From contig JBHLLU010000048.1 of the NCBI GenBank assembly GCA_048938895.1, forward strand, positions 1 through 31,360: a stretch of DNA of 31,360 nucleotides, given 5' to 3'. Positions 19,369-29,337 of this stretch are shown here, one piece after another (the stretch's first letter is position 1; each line of letters starts with the position of its first letter). Source of the stretch: Promethearchaeota archaeon. Its GTDB lineage: Archaea; Asgardarchaeota; Lokiarchaeia; Sigyniarchaeales; SOKP01. The translations under genes and the position numbers were made by a program. The notes below the pieces were generated by a model. The model saw nothing but the letters and a program-made list of their open reading frames with translations, ran no database searches and had not been told where the DNA came from.

Positions 19369-19875
19369 TTATTGAGTAAATAGACTCAACAAATTCTTTA
19401 ATTTTAAATCCGCTATAATGTTTTTCATGATCGCTTTTCCTAAAGGAGCAACTTTAATTATCCCTAATTCTTCAAATGTCCGTATATAATCGTGTTCAAG
19501 GAGAAACTTTATATCGGTGTCCCATACATTTGAGAAAATTTCCATTAAATCTTCAATTTTTATGTTTTCATCAACCTCTTTGCTTAGGGCTCCTATTAAA
19601 GCTAAGGCACCATATTGAGAAGGTGTAATATCATCATCTTTCCCCTCAGATGTTAAAATATAGAACGTCTGTTCCAGAAATTTAGTTTTAATTAGTTCAA
19701 ATCCAATGTTCATTAATTTTACATAAACTTCACTCAATACTTCTTCATAGTTGAAATCCCTACTTAAATTTTTAAGATCCTCTTCTCGAATCATTTTTTG
19801 AGGATTAGCTAAAATGATTTTGGTAATATTTTTAATGGTTTCTTCAAATTCTTTTTTTGCCATAATATGATTCAT
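19369..19875 (-). CDS. Tandem winged-helix protein, KITE-like (ScpB/MksE/Nse1-3 type)
   Basis: KLMNIGFELI...YIL, then ITPSQYGALALI...LLEHDYI...KVAPLG. ATGA overlap with the upstream SMC-like gene. Family call is inference. Confidence 0.55.
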   Translation of the reverse strand: MNHIMAKKEFEETIKNITKIILANPQKMIREEDLKNLSRDFNYEEVLSEVYVKLMNIGFELIKTKFLEQTFYILTSEGKDDDITPSQYGALALIGALSKEVDENIKIEDLMEIFSNVWDTDIKFLLEHDYIRTFEELGIIKVAPLGKAIMKNIIADLKLKNLLSLFTQ

Positions 19876-21467
19876 CTATTTTCTTGAATTGTTATAATTT
19901 TAACATTTTTTGGTTCTTTTTTCATTTCTAGGTTTGAAAGGATAAAGATTAGGTTATAATTTGATAAATATTGTTCTCTTTCAAAAATGGGTAATATTTT
20001 TCTGATAGTTCTAAATATTGATCCTGCTTTATTATAGATACTTGGGATAAATAAATTGGAAAAGATAATATTTTGATTTTTTATCTGCAATTCTATTGCA
20101 ATGGTGTAGACCATTATAAAAAAAATTTTTTCTGGGGTGGTTAATTCCTCAAAACTTATTTTGTCTTTTTTATTACGAGTAAAACTAATTTCTATAAAGA
20201 AACTTTTATTATCATTGCTTAAAGTTATCTTAAAACTTGACTTCAGGTTAATTTGAGATAAAAACAGGTTAATTATGGATTCTAACTCATCCATGAGAAT
20301 TTCTAATTTTTGAAAAGAGGTAAATATTTGTAGAATTTCTTCTTTATTTCGACTTATTACTATTTCACTTTGATTATTTTGCAAAAAATCATATAGTTTT
20401 TTCAGATTGTCGATAATTACTGAAATTTCGGAAACTGGTAAATCTTCTGCAGTAGATATTATTTCTAATTCCTCTTCATTTCTTCTAAGATCATGTTCTA
20501 CTTCTTTTTTCGATCTGATAGATTTTATGTCAATTCCAGCATAATCCCTGTTAGATTCATTGTTTTTCTGTAAGACTTTTTTCTTAAGCTCGAGTTTTAA
20601 TTCTTCAATCTTCTGTTCATCTGTTTCAATTAATTCTTGAAGTTTATCATAATCTTGTTTATAACTAATATAAAGAGGCTCGAATTCCTTTAATCTTATA
20701 TTAGTATCTTCCACTCTTTTATTTAGATCATTTATATTATTCTGAACTTCTCTTGCTTTATTCTGGAAAAGTTTTATTTTCTGGGCGTTTGTTAGACTAT
20801 CGTCTAAGCTGAGATTTTTTTCCATTTTCTTATCATTTGGATTCCCGGACATTTCACGAGTAATTCTATTTATTTGACTAAAATAGTCCTTTTTCATGTT
20901 GGTTAAATCTTGAATTTGTGTCTTGAAATTCTTGATTGTATTAAAAAGTTGATCAATTTGGTTTTTATGTTGGATGTAATCTTCTTCGAGGTACTTCAAT
21001 TTTCTCTTATTATCAGATAAAGCATTATTTAACTTATTTAATAAGTCAGAAATAGCAGAAATATCACCAGATTTTTCATATTCTTTAGTTATTTCTAATT
21101 CTTTCAAGAGTTTGTCTTTTTCTTTTAGAAGAACAGTAATTCTAATTTGCTTTAAAAAAATTTTTAAGATTTCATTGAATTGAGAGACTAATTCAATGTT
21201 TTTTTTCATAAAATTATCGAAATTATTTAGAAGTCCTAACAAATCTAAGGTTTTTTCAATATTGCTAGAGTTTTCTATTCGGTCTAGGTATATTTTAATG
21301 AATTTTTCAATTGGTATAGGTGTAATTTTTTCGAGAAGTTCAGGGAGTACATTGTTTTTATAATTTTCAACTACTTTTTTTTTAAATTTTCCCTTTATAA
21401 TCGTGAATCTATCCTTAATTAAAATTTCTTTAGAACCAATCGAGATATTATATTTTTCTGCCTGAAT
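19872..21467 (-). CDS. SMC-like long coiled-coil protein with degenerate ABC head; probable ATT start
   Basis: Frame is open 75 codons upstream of the ORF-track TTG (IQAEKYNISIG...DRFTIIKGK). About 300 aa of coiled coil. C-terminal FEELTTPEKIFF...NIIFSNL sits where LSGGEK/Walker B would be. Confidence 0.6.
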   Translation of the reverse strand: MQAEKYNISIGSKEILIKDRFTIIKGKFKKKVVENYKNNVLPELLEKITPIPIEKFIKIYLDRIENSSNIEKTLDLLGLLNNFDNFMKKNIELVSQFNEILKIFLKQIRITVLLKEKDKLLKELEITKEYEKSGDISAISDLLNKLNNALSDNKRKLKYLEEDYIQHKNQIDQLFNTIKNFKTQIQDLTNMKKDYFSQINRITREMSGNPNDKKMEKNLSLDDSLTNAQKIKLFQNKAREVQNNINDLNKRVEDTNIRLKEFEPLYISYKQDYDKLQELIETDEQKIEELKLELKKKVLQKNNESNRDYAGIDIKSIRSKKEVEHDLRRNEEELEIISTAEDLPVSEISVIIDNLKKLYDFLQNNQSEIVISRNKEEILQIFTSFQKLEILMDELESIINLFLSQINLKSSFKITLSNDNKSFFIEISFTRNKKDKISFEELTTPEKIFFIMVYTIAIELQIKNQNIIFSNLFIPSIYNKAGSIFRTIRKILPIFEREQYLSNYNLIFILSNLEMKKEPKNVKIITIQENR

Positions 21468-21498
21468 CGTTTAGCACTTAGATTTTTTATTTATTTAA

Positions 21499-22539
21499 TC
21501 AAGAATTCTCAAAATGACCTCTATATTTCTTATATTCCTTTTGTTTTTTCTCTTTTCTTTCTCTTATTAAATCAAGAGGATCTTTTTCGTCATCCTTTTG
21601 AATAAGATATTTTTCTTCAAAACTATTATCTAATTTAGATTTAAATTTCTCAATCTTTTCTGATATTTCTTCACTTAATTCTAAATTTTTCTTTTCTTTG
21701 TTAACTGCTTTTATATTTCCTAGCTTTTCTCGCGATTTTTTACGAAGTTTTCTCTCAAAGGCTTTATCGGATAATTTCAAATAATCATCATAAGCCTCCC
21801 TTTGTTCCTCTTGTTTTTTCTTTAGTTTTTCTAATTCTTCTTGTTCTTTTAACTTAGAAATATATTGTTTTTTTGATTTCAATTCTTTTTGTGTTAATTT
21901 ACTTTCAAAATCTTGAAGAAAATCTGAAAAAGTAATATATGGATCCTCTAAGAAGGATTTCTCAAAAACTTTTACTATTGTCTCATCAACACTTTGAGGT
22001 ATTTTACCTAATTCCAATTTTAGTTTATTTTGAACTATATTTTGGTAAAAAAATTTGATATTTTTTATTATTTTTAAAAATAAAGAGTTTTTCTTTAGGG
22101 AATCCAAAATTTCTGACCATTGTGAGACTTCTATTGAAGAAATAAAAGAAATTTTATTAATTGTTTTATTAACCATCTTCTTTTCAATCAAATACAATCC
22201 AATTTCTCTTAATTGAGTTTGACTTATGTTTAACTTTTTTAGATTTGCTTGGTTCTTCTCTTTATATTTTTTAATAAGGTTCTCTTGAAGAAATAAAAAA
22301 TTTGAGATGTTGTCTGTAGATATCTTATCCAATTTATTCTTTAAAGTTAATATCATTTTCACTATTTCTTCAACTTGAGAAAGGACAGTCTCATCTGTTA
22401 AATTGTTAATAACAGATTCTGTATAACTTTTAACATTTTCAGTCTCTTCATTTAACTGATGGATTTTTGCTTGAAGTCCATCTAAAGAAGAAGTCATGAC
22501 TTTTATTTTTTCTAGATTGAATAATTGATTTTCGGTCAT
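21499..22539 (-). CDS. Coiled-coil hypothetical protein
   Basis: 346-aa Lys/Glu-rich helical ORF within the minus-strand cluster. Confidence 0.75.
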   Translation of the reverse strand: MTENQLFNLEKIKVMTSSLDGLQAKIHQLNEETENVKSYTESVINNLTDETVLSQVEEIVKMILTLKNKLDKISTDNISNFLFLQENLIKKYKEKNQANLKKLNISQTQLREIGLYLIEKKMVNKTINKISFISSIEVSQWSEILDSLKKNSLFLKIIKNIKFFYQNIVQNKLKLELGKIPQSVDETIVKVFEKSFLEDPYITFSDFLQDFESKLTQKELKSKKQYISKLKEQEELEKLKKKQEEQREAYDDYLKLSDKAFERKLRKKSREKLGNIKAVNKEKKNLELSEEISEKIEKFKSKLDNSFEEKYLIQKDDEKDPLDLIRERKEKKQKEYKKYRGHFENS

Positions 22540-22558
22540 ATTGAATTAAAAATTTTAA

Positions 22559-23668
22559 TTATATTTCTGGGGGGCTAGGTAAGGTTTTCCTGCCGCTTTC
22601 GCTGATCTTCGTTCTATTTGCTATAATTTTAGAATCGCTTAAAACATCTTGTCTTTCTACATGGGTTGCAGTTCCACCAACTAGTGCCAATGCATTATAA
22701 AAGATTTCATAGGTAAGTAATTCAGAACTTAGTGCTTTCAATAATGCCACTCTAGTACCTCTTTCAATATCAGAACCAGAATATCCATATGTCAATTTCA
22801 GAAGTCCTTTTATTTTACTTTTTTTGTTTACTTCATCCCACAATACATTATTATCAAACTCAGATATTTTTCGTCCTAATTTATTTTGTAATTCCTTCGA
22901 ACTCATCTCAATTTCTTTGTATTCTTCATTTAAACTAGTGAATATTGTGTCGTCAACCCCAATCTTAGCATTCTTAATATTATTGATAAAGGATTCCATA
23001 ATTAATTTACGAAGATGATAATCAGGGAAATCAAATTCAAAGTGAAATGTAAATCGACGCCAAATTGCAGAATCGAGTTGATGTTGATGATTAGTTGCAC
23101 CGAAGATGGCCAAAGGGACACCCTCATAATTAACTCTATCAATTACTTGTAAAAAAGAAATAACAGCTCTTTTAATTTCACCCACTTCATGGATATTTGA
23201 CCTTTCGGAACCGATAGCATCAATTTCATCAAAAAATAGAATAAATGCACCTCTCTCCTTTGAAATTTCTGCTGCTAATTCAACAACACCTCTAATGTTT
23301 TTAATTGTATCTCCTAACAATGGTGAAACAAGTCGATCTGATTCCACAATACATATTGGAATATCGTATTTTTTGGCAAATCCTCTTGTTAATGAGGTTT
23401 TACCCGTACCAGGAGGACCATATAAAAGTACTGTCAAATTGGGTGTGAGTTTTGTGTCTTTCAATTGTTCTTTAAATTCTTCATATTTCAATAAAGCTTG
23501 AAAAAAATCATCTAATAATTCCTTTTTTGTTTCATTCCCTAGAATATCATCCACTGTCTCTTTAATGTCTGCTGAAAGGTATACAGCACCATATTTACCA
23601 AGACGTTCTTTAATTACATCATCAGTGTAAGTTATTTTTTCTTCATTCTCAACACTCTTTTTACTTAT
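22559..23668 (-). CDS. AAA+ ATPase (single domain, SpoVK/COG0464-like); probable ATA start
   Basis: Walker A GPPGTGKT, Walker B FFDEID, GATNH, LDSAIWRRF. Frame is open 38 codons upstream of GTG 23554, with GGAG upstream of ATA 23668. Confidence 0.9.
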   Translation of the reverse strand: MSKKSVENEEKITYTDDVIKERLGKYGAVYLSADIKETVDDILGNETKKELLDDFFQALLKYEEFKEQLKDTKLTPNLTVLLYGPPGTGKTSLTRGFAKKYDIPICIVESDRLVSPLLGDTIKNIRGVVELAAEISKERGAFILFFDEIDAIGSERSNIHEVGEIKRAVISFLQVIDRVNYEGVPLAIFGATNHQHQLDSAIWRRFTFHFEFDFPDYHLRKLIMESFINNIKNAKIGVDDTIFTSLNEEYKEIEMSSKELQNKLGRKISEFDNNVLWDEVNKKSKIKGLLKLTYGYSGSDIERGTRVALLKALSSELLTYEIFYNALALVGGTATHVERQDVLSDSKIIANRTKISESGRKTLPSPPEI

Positions 23669-23697
23669 GATTTCTCAACTCCATTAAAACTAATTTT

Positions 23698-24996
23698 TTA
23701 ATTTTTATTTTCAAACATTATACAAAATTCAGCAATTTCGTTTATAAAATCTTTGAGGTTATCAATTTGAGATCCTATAAAGTTAAAAATTTCCTTTCGA
23801 TACTGAATTGAATCTCTAATTTTCATTTTATCTAATCCTAGATAATTAGGAAAGCATATAAGTTTCATTAAATAGGGAAGGATTTTCTCGTTGGTTTGCA
23901 AATCCTTAAAAATTGCATAAAAAATATTTTCATCAGATAATTTCCATTTTAGGATGCCCATATAAATTAAAAACGCAAAATTCATTGAAATCCAATTTAC
24001 AAATTCTTTTGATAAAAAACCCCTTCTTTGGGATGCAAATGCTAGATAATAAGTTATAAGAGTTTCATTGCTAAATTGGGGCAATAATCTAATAGTTCCA
24101 TCACTTTGTATATTATCTCTTAGGAAATTATTATCAAGAAGAATCTCAACAAAATCCTCTTGAGGTGCTAGAAAAATTCCATCAATTAAGCGCAAACCAA
24201 TACGTTCCGCAACTTTTCCAAGTGCCTCTTCTTCGGCATTAGCTACGGAATCGATGTATGGCAAGAAGACATCATTTTTTAAAATCATGGGAATTTCATA
24301 ATTTTCTTTTTCAGGAAATTCACCAAAATTTGGATCAAGATTATAGAGAGAGGTAATATTATTGATAATTTGATATACTTTCGGAGACATGACTGGAATT
24401 TCAAAATAATCCGGGCTTTCTAATTTTTCTCTATAAAATGTATGTGATTGCAGTAAATGACGTTGACATTCATAGAGATTTGGCGAATGTTTCAGTAATT
24501 TCTCATATATGATTTTAAGGTTTGCCCCCCGTGGGAAAATTTTTTCTTCAATGAATTTTACTAACTGATAGAGGTAAGTATTTTCTAGATTAAGTTCATC
24601 AGGATTAGTTATATGACGCAAAACATTTAGTGCATCTACAGATTCATGCAAAAAATCGATTATATAATCTTTAATATCTATAATTGGGATTTCTTCTCTA
24701 TATTTTATAATAAAATCTTTAATTATCTCATATACATTTGATCTATACATTGCTGAGAATTCTGAAAGGGCTCTAACTTTGCGTATATTTCTCTTTTCTT
24801 CCTCTTGACGGATTTTATCTAGTATTTCAGTGTCAAAAAGTAAGTCGGGATCTAAATCAATAATTATTCTTCGTGTTTCTCTTAAAATTGGGCGCATATG
24901 ACTTATGAATGTTAAATACCTGGGAAGGATATCTGTCCATTTTTCTCGTTTTCTTCCAGGTTTTACTGTCCTAGATGCAGTTTTTTTGTAACTAAT
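23698..24996 (-). CDS. Hypothetical protein; start possibly ATT 24996 rather than ATG 24897
   Basis: 399-aa ORF; frame remains open to 25002, just after a GGGGGT SD-like element. Confidence 0.75.
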   Translation of the reverse strand: MSYKKTASRTVKPGRKREKWTDILPRYLTFISHMRPILRETRRIIIDLDPDLLFDTEILDKIRQEEEKRNIRKVRALSEFSAMYRSNVYEIIKDFIIKYREEIPIIDIKDYIIDFLHESVDALNVLRHITNPDELNLENTYLYQLVKFIEEKIFPRGANLKIIYEKLLKHSPNLYECQRHLLQSHTFYREKLESPDYFEIPVMSPKVYQIINNITSLYNLDPNFGEFPEKENYEIPMILKNDVFLPYIDSVANAEEEALGKVAERIGLRLIDGIFLAPQEDFVEILLDNNFLRDNIQSDGTIRLLPQFSNETLITYYLAFASQRRGFLSKEFVNWISMNFAFLIYMGILKWKLSDENIFYAIFKDLQTNEKILPYLMKLICFPNYLGLDKMKIRDSIQYRKEIFNFIGSQIDNLKDFINEIAEFCIMFENKN

Positions 24997-25018
24997 ATTT
25001 ATTCAACCCCCTTTTATT

Positions 25019-26158
25019 TTACTCTTCCTCGTATCCAACTAAAATTTCAGTAAAGATATTAGAAATTTCTACAAATATGGGTATCTCTACTCTGCATAAA
25101 TTCCCTAAGATCCATTTATTAACATCTTTAAGAAGAAATCTTATCTGATTATGGATTTTTTTATTGATTTCAGAATCCACGATTTTTGAAAACCATAAAC
25201 CACCCCCTACTCGATACGCAACAATTTTAATAAGTGGTTCAAATAATGGTTCTAAAACTTGTTTTATCATCCACGATTTGGGAATAACACTCATGTTCTC
25301 TGCTTTAAAAGTGGGATCATTTAAAATCGGGTTTGTTTCATCAATTGATAATTTTGGCATGAAACTTAATAACAATATTAATGCAAAAATAGCCGAAATA
25401 CCGTTAATAGTATATGATCCACCAATTTTATCGAGATCATCTCGATGGATGGAGACATTTGCTAGAAACATACACATAAACACATTCCTATCAAATTCTT
25501 CGGAAACATATGCATATCCTACTTCTTCATCAATAACGAGATATTTTTCTTCAAGAATTCTTATGATATCATCTGGAAAGGTATAAAAAGTATAAATTTT
25601 CTCCTCACTCCTTCTTATATCTTTCTCAATTACGAGTTCTTTAGAAACAAGTCCAAACATATTGACTAATTCTTCAAGCTGCTTTTTTATATAGTGCCTT
25701 GGTTTATTTGGGTTGCCAAACATGGCGTAGAATTGATGATCGACTATATGGAAATCATTTCTTTTACTAAATGCTTCCACCATCCTATCTATTATTGGTC
25801 CTTGAGAGTCTGATGCAATAACTTTAGCTTTTGAAGTTACAAAACCATTTAGTAATTCATTTATAATGAAATCTTGTTCATGAGTCCTAGATTTTAAAAT
25901 TTTTTCAAATGCTTCAGAGAAATTTTTCGTATTTGGGAAAAACGCGTTTTGTATTTTCTCGTTTATAGACTGTATAAAAATTTCCCCATTATTTTTTGGA
26001 AAGTGAAGTCTCATATTATTAAGCCTTTGCATGAGTGCCTCTCTAGCCCCTGGAATATTTTCAACATCTCTTTTTTGTAATTCTTCAATAGCCTTCTCAA
26101 GGCCATTTTCAAAATCACTCAATAACGTTTTCCAAGTAGTGTCTTGAACTTCTCCCAT
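25019..26158 (-). CDS. Hypothetical protein
   Basis: About 380-aa ORF tightly packed in the cluster; no motif recognised. Confidence 0.75.
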   Translation of the reverse strand: MGEVQDTTWKTLLSDFENGLEKAIEELQKRDVENIPGAREALMQRLNNMRLHFPKNNGEIFIQSINEKIQNAFFPNTKNFSEAFEKILKSRTHEQDFIINELLNGFVTSKAKVIASDSQGPIIDRMVEAFSKRNDFHIVDHQFYAMFGNPNKPRHYIKKQLEELVNMFGLVSKELVIEKDIRRSEEKIYTFYTFPDDIIRILEEKYLVIDEEVGYAYVSEEFDRNVFMCMFLANVSIHRDDLDKIGGSYTINGISAIFALILLLSFMPKLSIDETNPILNDPTFKAENMSVIPKSWMIKQVLEPLFEPLIKIVAYRVGGGLWFSKIVDSEINKKIHNQIRFLLKDVNKWILGNLCRVEIPIFVEISNIFTEILVGYEEE

Positions 26159-26186
26159 TTTTATTCTCAATTTTGAAAATATGTTA

Positions 26187-27149
26187 TTAGGTTATATCCC
26201 AATTTAGTTCTGTTGAGATTTTTTTAAGTGCCCGAATTAGAGGTTTAATTAACTTTTTATCATAAATATTAGGGGAGGAGACACCTTTTTGAGTTTTCCA
26301 ACCCATTTGAGTACCTTCTCCCATTTCTCTTTGTCCATATCTTAAGATGTTACTAAGATCTCTAACCCACCAGTAAAATCTTAGCCATTTTCTGTTTGGA
26401 TTGTCCTTGGAATAAATTACTACTAAAGCTTTCCATTCACCCATTAACCATTTTACTGTTATCCCGCTTACAGGCAAGTAATAGTTTATAGGGAAATTTC
26501 CGTGAAATCGCAAATCAAGATCAGCTGACACAATGTTAAAAATTGGTTGATTATATCCTTCTAATATTACGATTTCTCCACAATGTTGACATTCATAGTG
26601 TGACTTCATTTTATCCATTTTATTCCCGCATTTTGGGCAAGTCTTATTTTCAATAATCCTATATTTAATGATATCTAGCATTTTTTCTTTTTCCAACTCT
26701 TTCTCTGATTTAGGTTCTTGTTTTCCATAACTGCCACTCCAATTCCAGATATCATCAAATGATTCTTCAATTTTCTCTAATGCAATTATAATATTGTTTA
26801 GGACCTCTTTATCATAGATTTTTAACATACCGGCATGTTGTAAATTTTTCCACCAAGAGAGTCTTACATATTTCTCCTCCTTCAGATAACCACTATGGCA
26901 AATCAATGCAGCAAATAATCGATTTTCAGTTTTACTGATGGTAATGCCTTTTTCACAGACTTCATATTGTTTATTTAAACTAACATTTTTATGAAAATAT
27001 TCACCATCTTGAAATTCACCTTTTTCAATTTTTAACTTTTCAGTAACACTATCTTCCGCTTTCTCTTTAACAATCTTTCTACATTGTGGGCATTGAAAAA
27101 TTCCCGAAACCAATGACTCCATTTCTATATTACAAGCAGGGCACTTCAC
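26187..27149 (-). CDS. Protein with two tandem (zinc ribbon + beta/alpha domain) repeats
   Basis: CPAC..CPQC / CPKC..CQHC; GITISK / GITVKW; KYVRLSWW / KWLRFYWW; IYDKEVLNNIIIALEKI / IYDKKLIKPLIRALKKI. Confidence 0.8.
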   Translation of the reverse strand: MKCPACNIEMESLVSGIFQCPQCRKIVKEKAEDSVTEKLKIEKGEFQDGEYFHKNVSLNKQYEVCEKGITISKTENRLFAALICHSGYLKEEKYVRLSWWKNLQHAGMLKIYDKEVLNNIIIALEKIEESFDDIWNWSGSYGKQEPKSEKELEKEKMLDIIKYRIIENKTCPKCGNKMDKMKSHYECQHCGEIVILEGYNQPIFNIVSADLDLRFHGNFPINYYLPVSGITVKWLMGEWKALVVIYSKDNPNRKWLRFYWWVRDLSNILRYGQREMGEGTQMGWKTQKGVSSPNIYDKKLIKPLIRALKKISTELNWDIT

Positions 27150-27151
27150 AG

Positions 27152-28252
27152 TTAATCTTCGCTGTTAGTTATTATGAATCTTTCAAAATCTAAATTTAGT
27201 AATTTCAAATCTTTCTTGTTCAATTCTGAAATCTTATCATTAATACTCATTACTTCTTTTCTGAGATCCACTAAACTTTTTTGGATGTTATCTAGTATAT
27301 CTTCCTCATTGTAAGTAACTTTTTCAATGAATTCTAGATATTTGAACTTTTTATCCTTTCCTGAATAATATTTCTTTAATTCAAGGATATTTTTTTCTAT
27401 TTCAACTAGTTGATACCTAGTTTTCAACAAAAAATTCAATTTGGAAATCCAATCGTTATAAATTGCTTCTTGTTTATTTATCTTATCGAAATTGAACTTA
27501 TCAGATAATTCAACATTCTCATCTTTCAAATAATTTATAATTTCTTTATCTTCTTCAATTGCTTGGTTAATTTTCTTTAACGCGGGTTTAGTATTAAGAA
27601 TTGGGTCGAAAATCTTGATGAATTCGTTAATTTTCTCTTCAATTTCCTTAAGTCTCTGATAGAATCCTTCAATAGTTATTTCGATTTTAATTGCTTGATA
27701 GATATTTCCAAATTGATCTAAAATATAATATAAATCATTTGCTAATTTATAGTCATGTTCACCTATTTCATAAATTAAAGAGTGAACAATATTACTCTTT
27801 TCACATCTTACTCCCTTTAATCTTGTAAGAGCTAAATTAAAATTTCTTCTTGCTAAGTTTTTAAACTTTTTGTTTATTATGAGGAACAATGTATCATCTG
27901 GAACAGATATAGTATCATGTTCGATTGTTATAGTTTCTTCTCCGATTTTAATGATGAAATCATCCTCTTTTTGATTAAATTCTCTCATGCTTCGAATATT
28001 TTTAATCAGTCCTAAGTCAATATAAATTTCTATAAATTCTTCTTCCCAGAATTTAACTATATTACTCTTATATATTTCATCAATAAGCAAAATTCGGTTG
28101 TAAGCTTCTATGAGGTTCGAATCCGTTAAATCCTTAAGTAAATCATTTCTAATTACATACAGGAACAGAATGATATACCTCATATCAACATCGTCCATGA
28201 TGGTATCTATTAATTTTGCATCATGTTCCATTGTCAAGGTTTTATGCTCCAT
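27152..28252 (-). CDS. Hypothetical protein with C-terminal coiled coil; first gene of the cluster
   Basis: Long ORF; ATG 28252 (MEHKTL) preferred over 28327 on composition, but the start is uncertain. Confidence 0.75.
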   Translation of the reverse strand: MEHKTLTMEHDAKLIDTIMDDVDMRYIILFLYVIRNDLLKDLTDSNLIEAYNRILLIDEIYKSNIVKFWEEEFIEIYIDLGLIKNIRSMREFNQKEDDFIIKIGEETITIEHDTISVPDDTLFLIINKKFKNLARRNFNLALTRLKGVRCEKSNIVHSLIYEIGEHDYKLANDLYYILDQFGNIYQAIKIEITIEGFYQRLKEIEEKINEFIKIFDPILNTKPALKKINQAIEEDKEIINYLKDENVELSDKFNFDKINKQEAIYNDWISKLNFLLKTRYQLVEIEKNILELKKYYSGKDKKFKYLEFIEKVTYNEEDILDNIQKSLVDLRKEVMSINDKISELNKKDLKLLNLDFERFIITNSED

Positions 28253-28485
28253 ACCTAAAATCCACTCACTGTTTTTTAAACTATGAAAACATTTCAGTGA
28301 AAAAGAGTACTTGATGTAATTAACCATTCCTAAAAAATTTTTCTAAATCCTTGGAAAGAATTTATATACACGAATTTAGTTTAACCTCTACTCTGTTTAT
28401 ATTTAAAATCAGTATAATCCATAGTTTGAACTAAAGAATCAAAAATTCTTTTTTTGTTTAAATAGGTTTAATTCAATAAAAGTTT

Positions 28486-29286
28486 ATGATAAGAGAAAAT
28501 TCATGTAGGTTTTGTGGATGGAAATTTCCAATAGGACATAAAGAAATAAAAGAAAATGCAACTTTGCTTTTTTGCGAAAACTGTGGTACAAAGATTTTTT
28601 CAGAGAATGATGAAGATTATGATTTAACTACAATATCTGGGGAAAAAATTAATAAATGCGATTCCTATGATATTATCCGAGAGGAAAACAATCCTATTGC
28701 AAGAATTGTATTTGACTCCAATTTTCCAGACATTTTTAAGGACAATTTAAAACTTGTAATATCTCGACTTCTATATATCCATTTAGGACCAAATTTGAGT
28801 GATCAGATAATAATTAAAGAAAAAAAGGAAATCACTAAAGAAATTCTTGATGATCTCTACGATAAGATTAGCCCAATAATGAACCTAAGAATTAATGATA
28901 TATTTTTAACTAATCTACATGAATTAAGTGTAAAAGAGTTTCTTAAGTGGTTAAAATTATTACAAACCAAAATTATACAAAATATTAATTTCCGTAAAGA
29001 TTTTACTATTTTCCTACGATGGATGATACAAGAAGTTTATACTATTATTATAGAGTTGTGGAACAGTAAAAAACTCCCTAGATTTGAACGAATCATACGC
29101 GATGATTTAAAATCATTTCAAAACTATCTTTCTAGTAATGGCAGATCTCTCAATACTTCAGCTGGATTGAGTATAAATCAAAAAGGAAAATCTCGATATA
29201 GGAATCCCCCACATCGTATAAATTTAAATCTTTATGTAAAACCTGTCATAGAAAAATTCCTAAAGTCAGTTAAGTCAAGACAATAA
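28486..29286 (+). CDS. Zinc-ribbon hypothetical protein; possibly the N-terminal half of a gene fused to the downstream GIY-YIG ORF
   Basis: CRFC...CENC at the N-terminus. Same frame as 29338..30372, separated only by TAA 29284-29286 and 17 sense codons. Confidence 0.65.
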   Translation: MIRENSCRFCGWKFPIGHKEIKENATLLFCENCGTKIFSENDEDYDLTTISGEKINKCDSYDIIREENNPIARIVFDSNFPDIFKDNLKLVISRLLYIHLGPNLSDQIIIKEKKEITKEILDDLYDKISPIMNLRINDIFLTNLHELSVKEFLKWLKLLQTKIIQNINFRKDFTIFLRWMIQEVYTIIIELWNSKKLPRFERIIRDDLKSFQNYLSSNGRSLNTSAGLSINQKGKSRYRNPPHRINLNLYVKPVIEKFLKSVKSRQ

Positions 29287-29337
29287 CAACTTAAACTTGA
29301 TGTCAATCAACCTTATATTACTTTAAATACAAAAACA

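Noticed and set aside
22559-23668. AAA ATPase as Vps4/CdvC, PAN or Cdc48
   Set aside because: No MIT, OB/coiled-coil or second AAA domain; the aromatic pore-loop residue is absent (SPLLGD); no ESCRT genes nearby.
29265-29305. Third BHB intron removing the TAA between the zinc-ribbon and GIY-YIG ORFs
   Set aside because: Only weak AT-rich pairing (TTAAGT/ACTTAA), no bulge-helix-bulge geometry, and no conserved motif to define boundaries.
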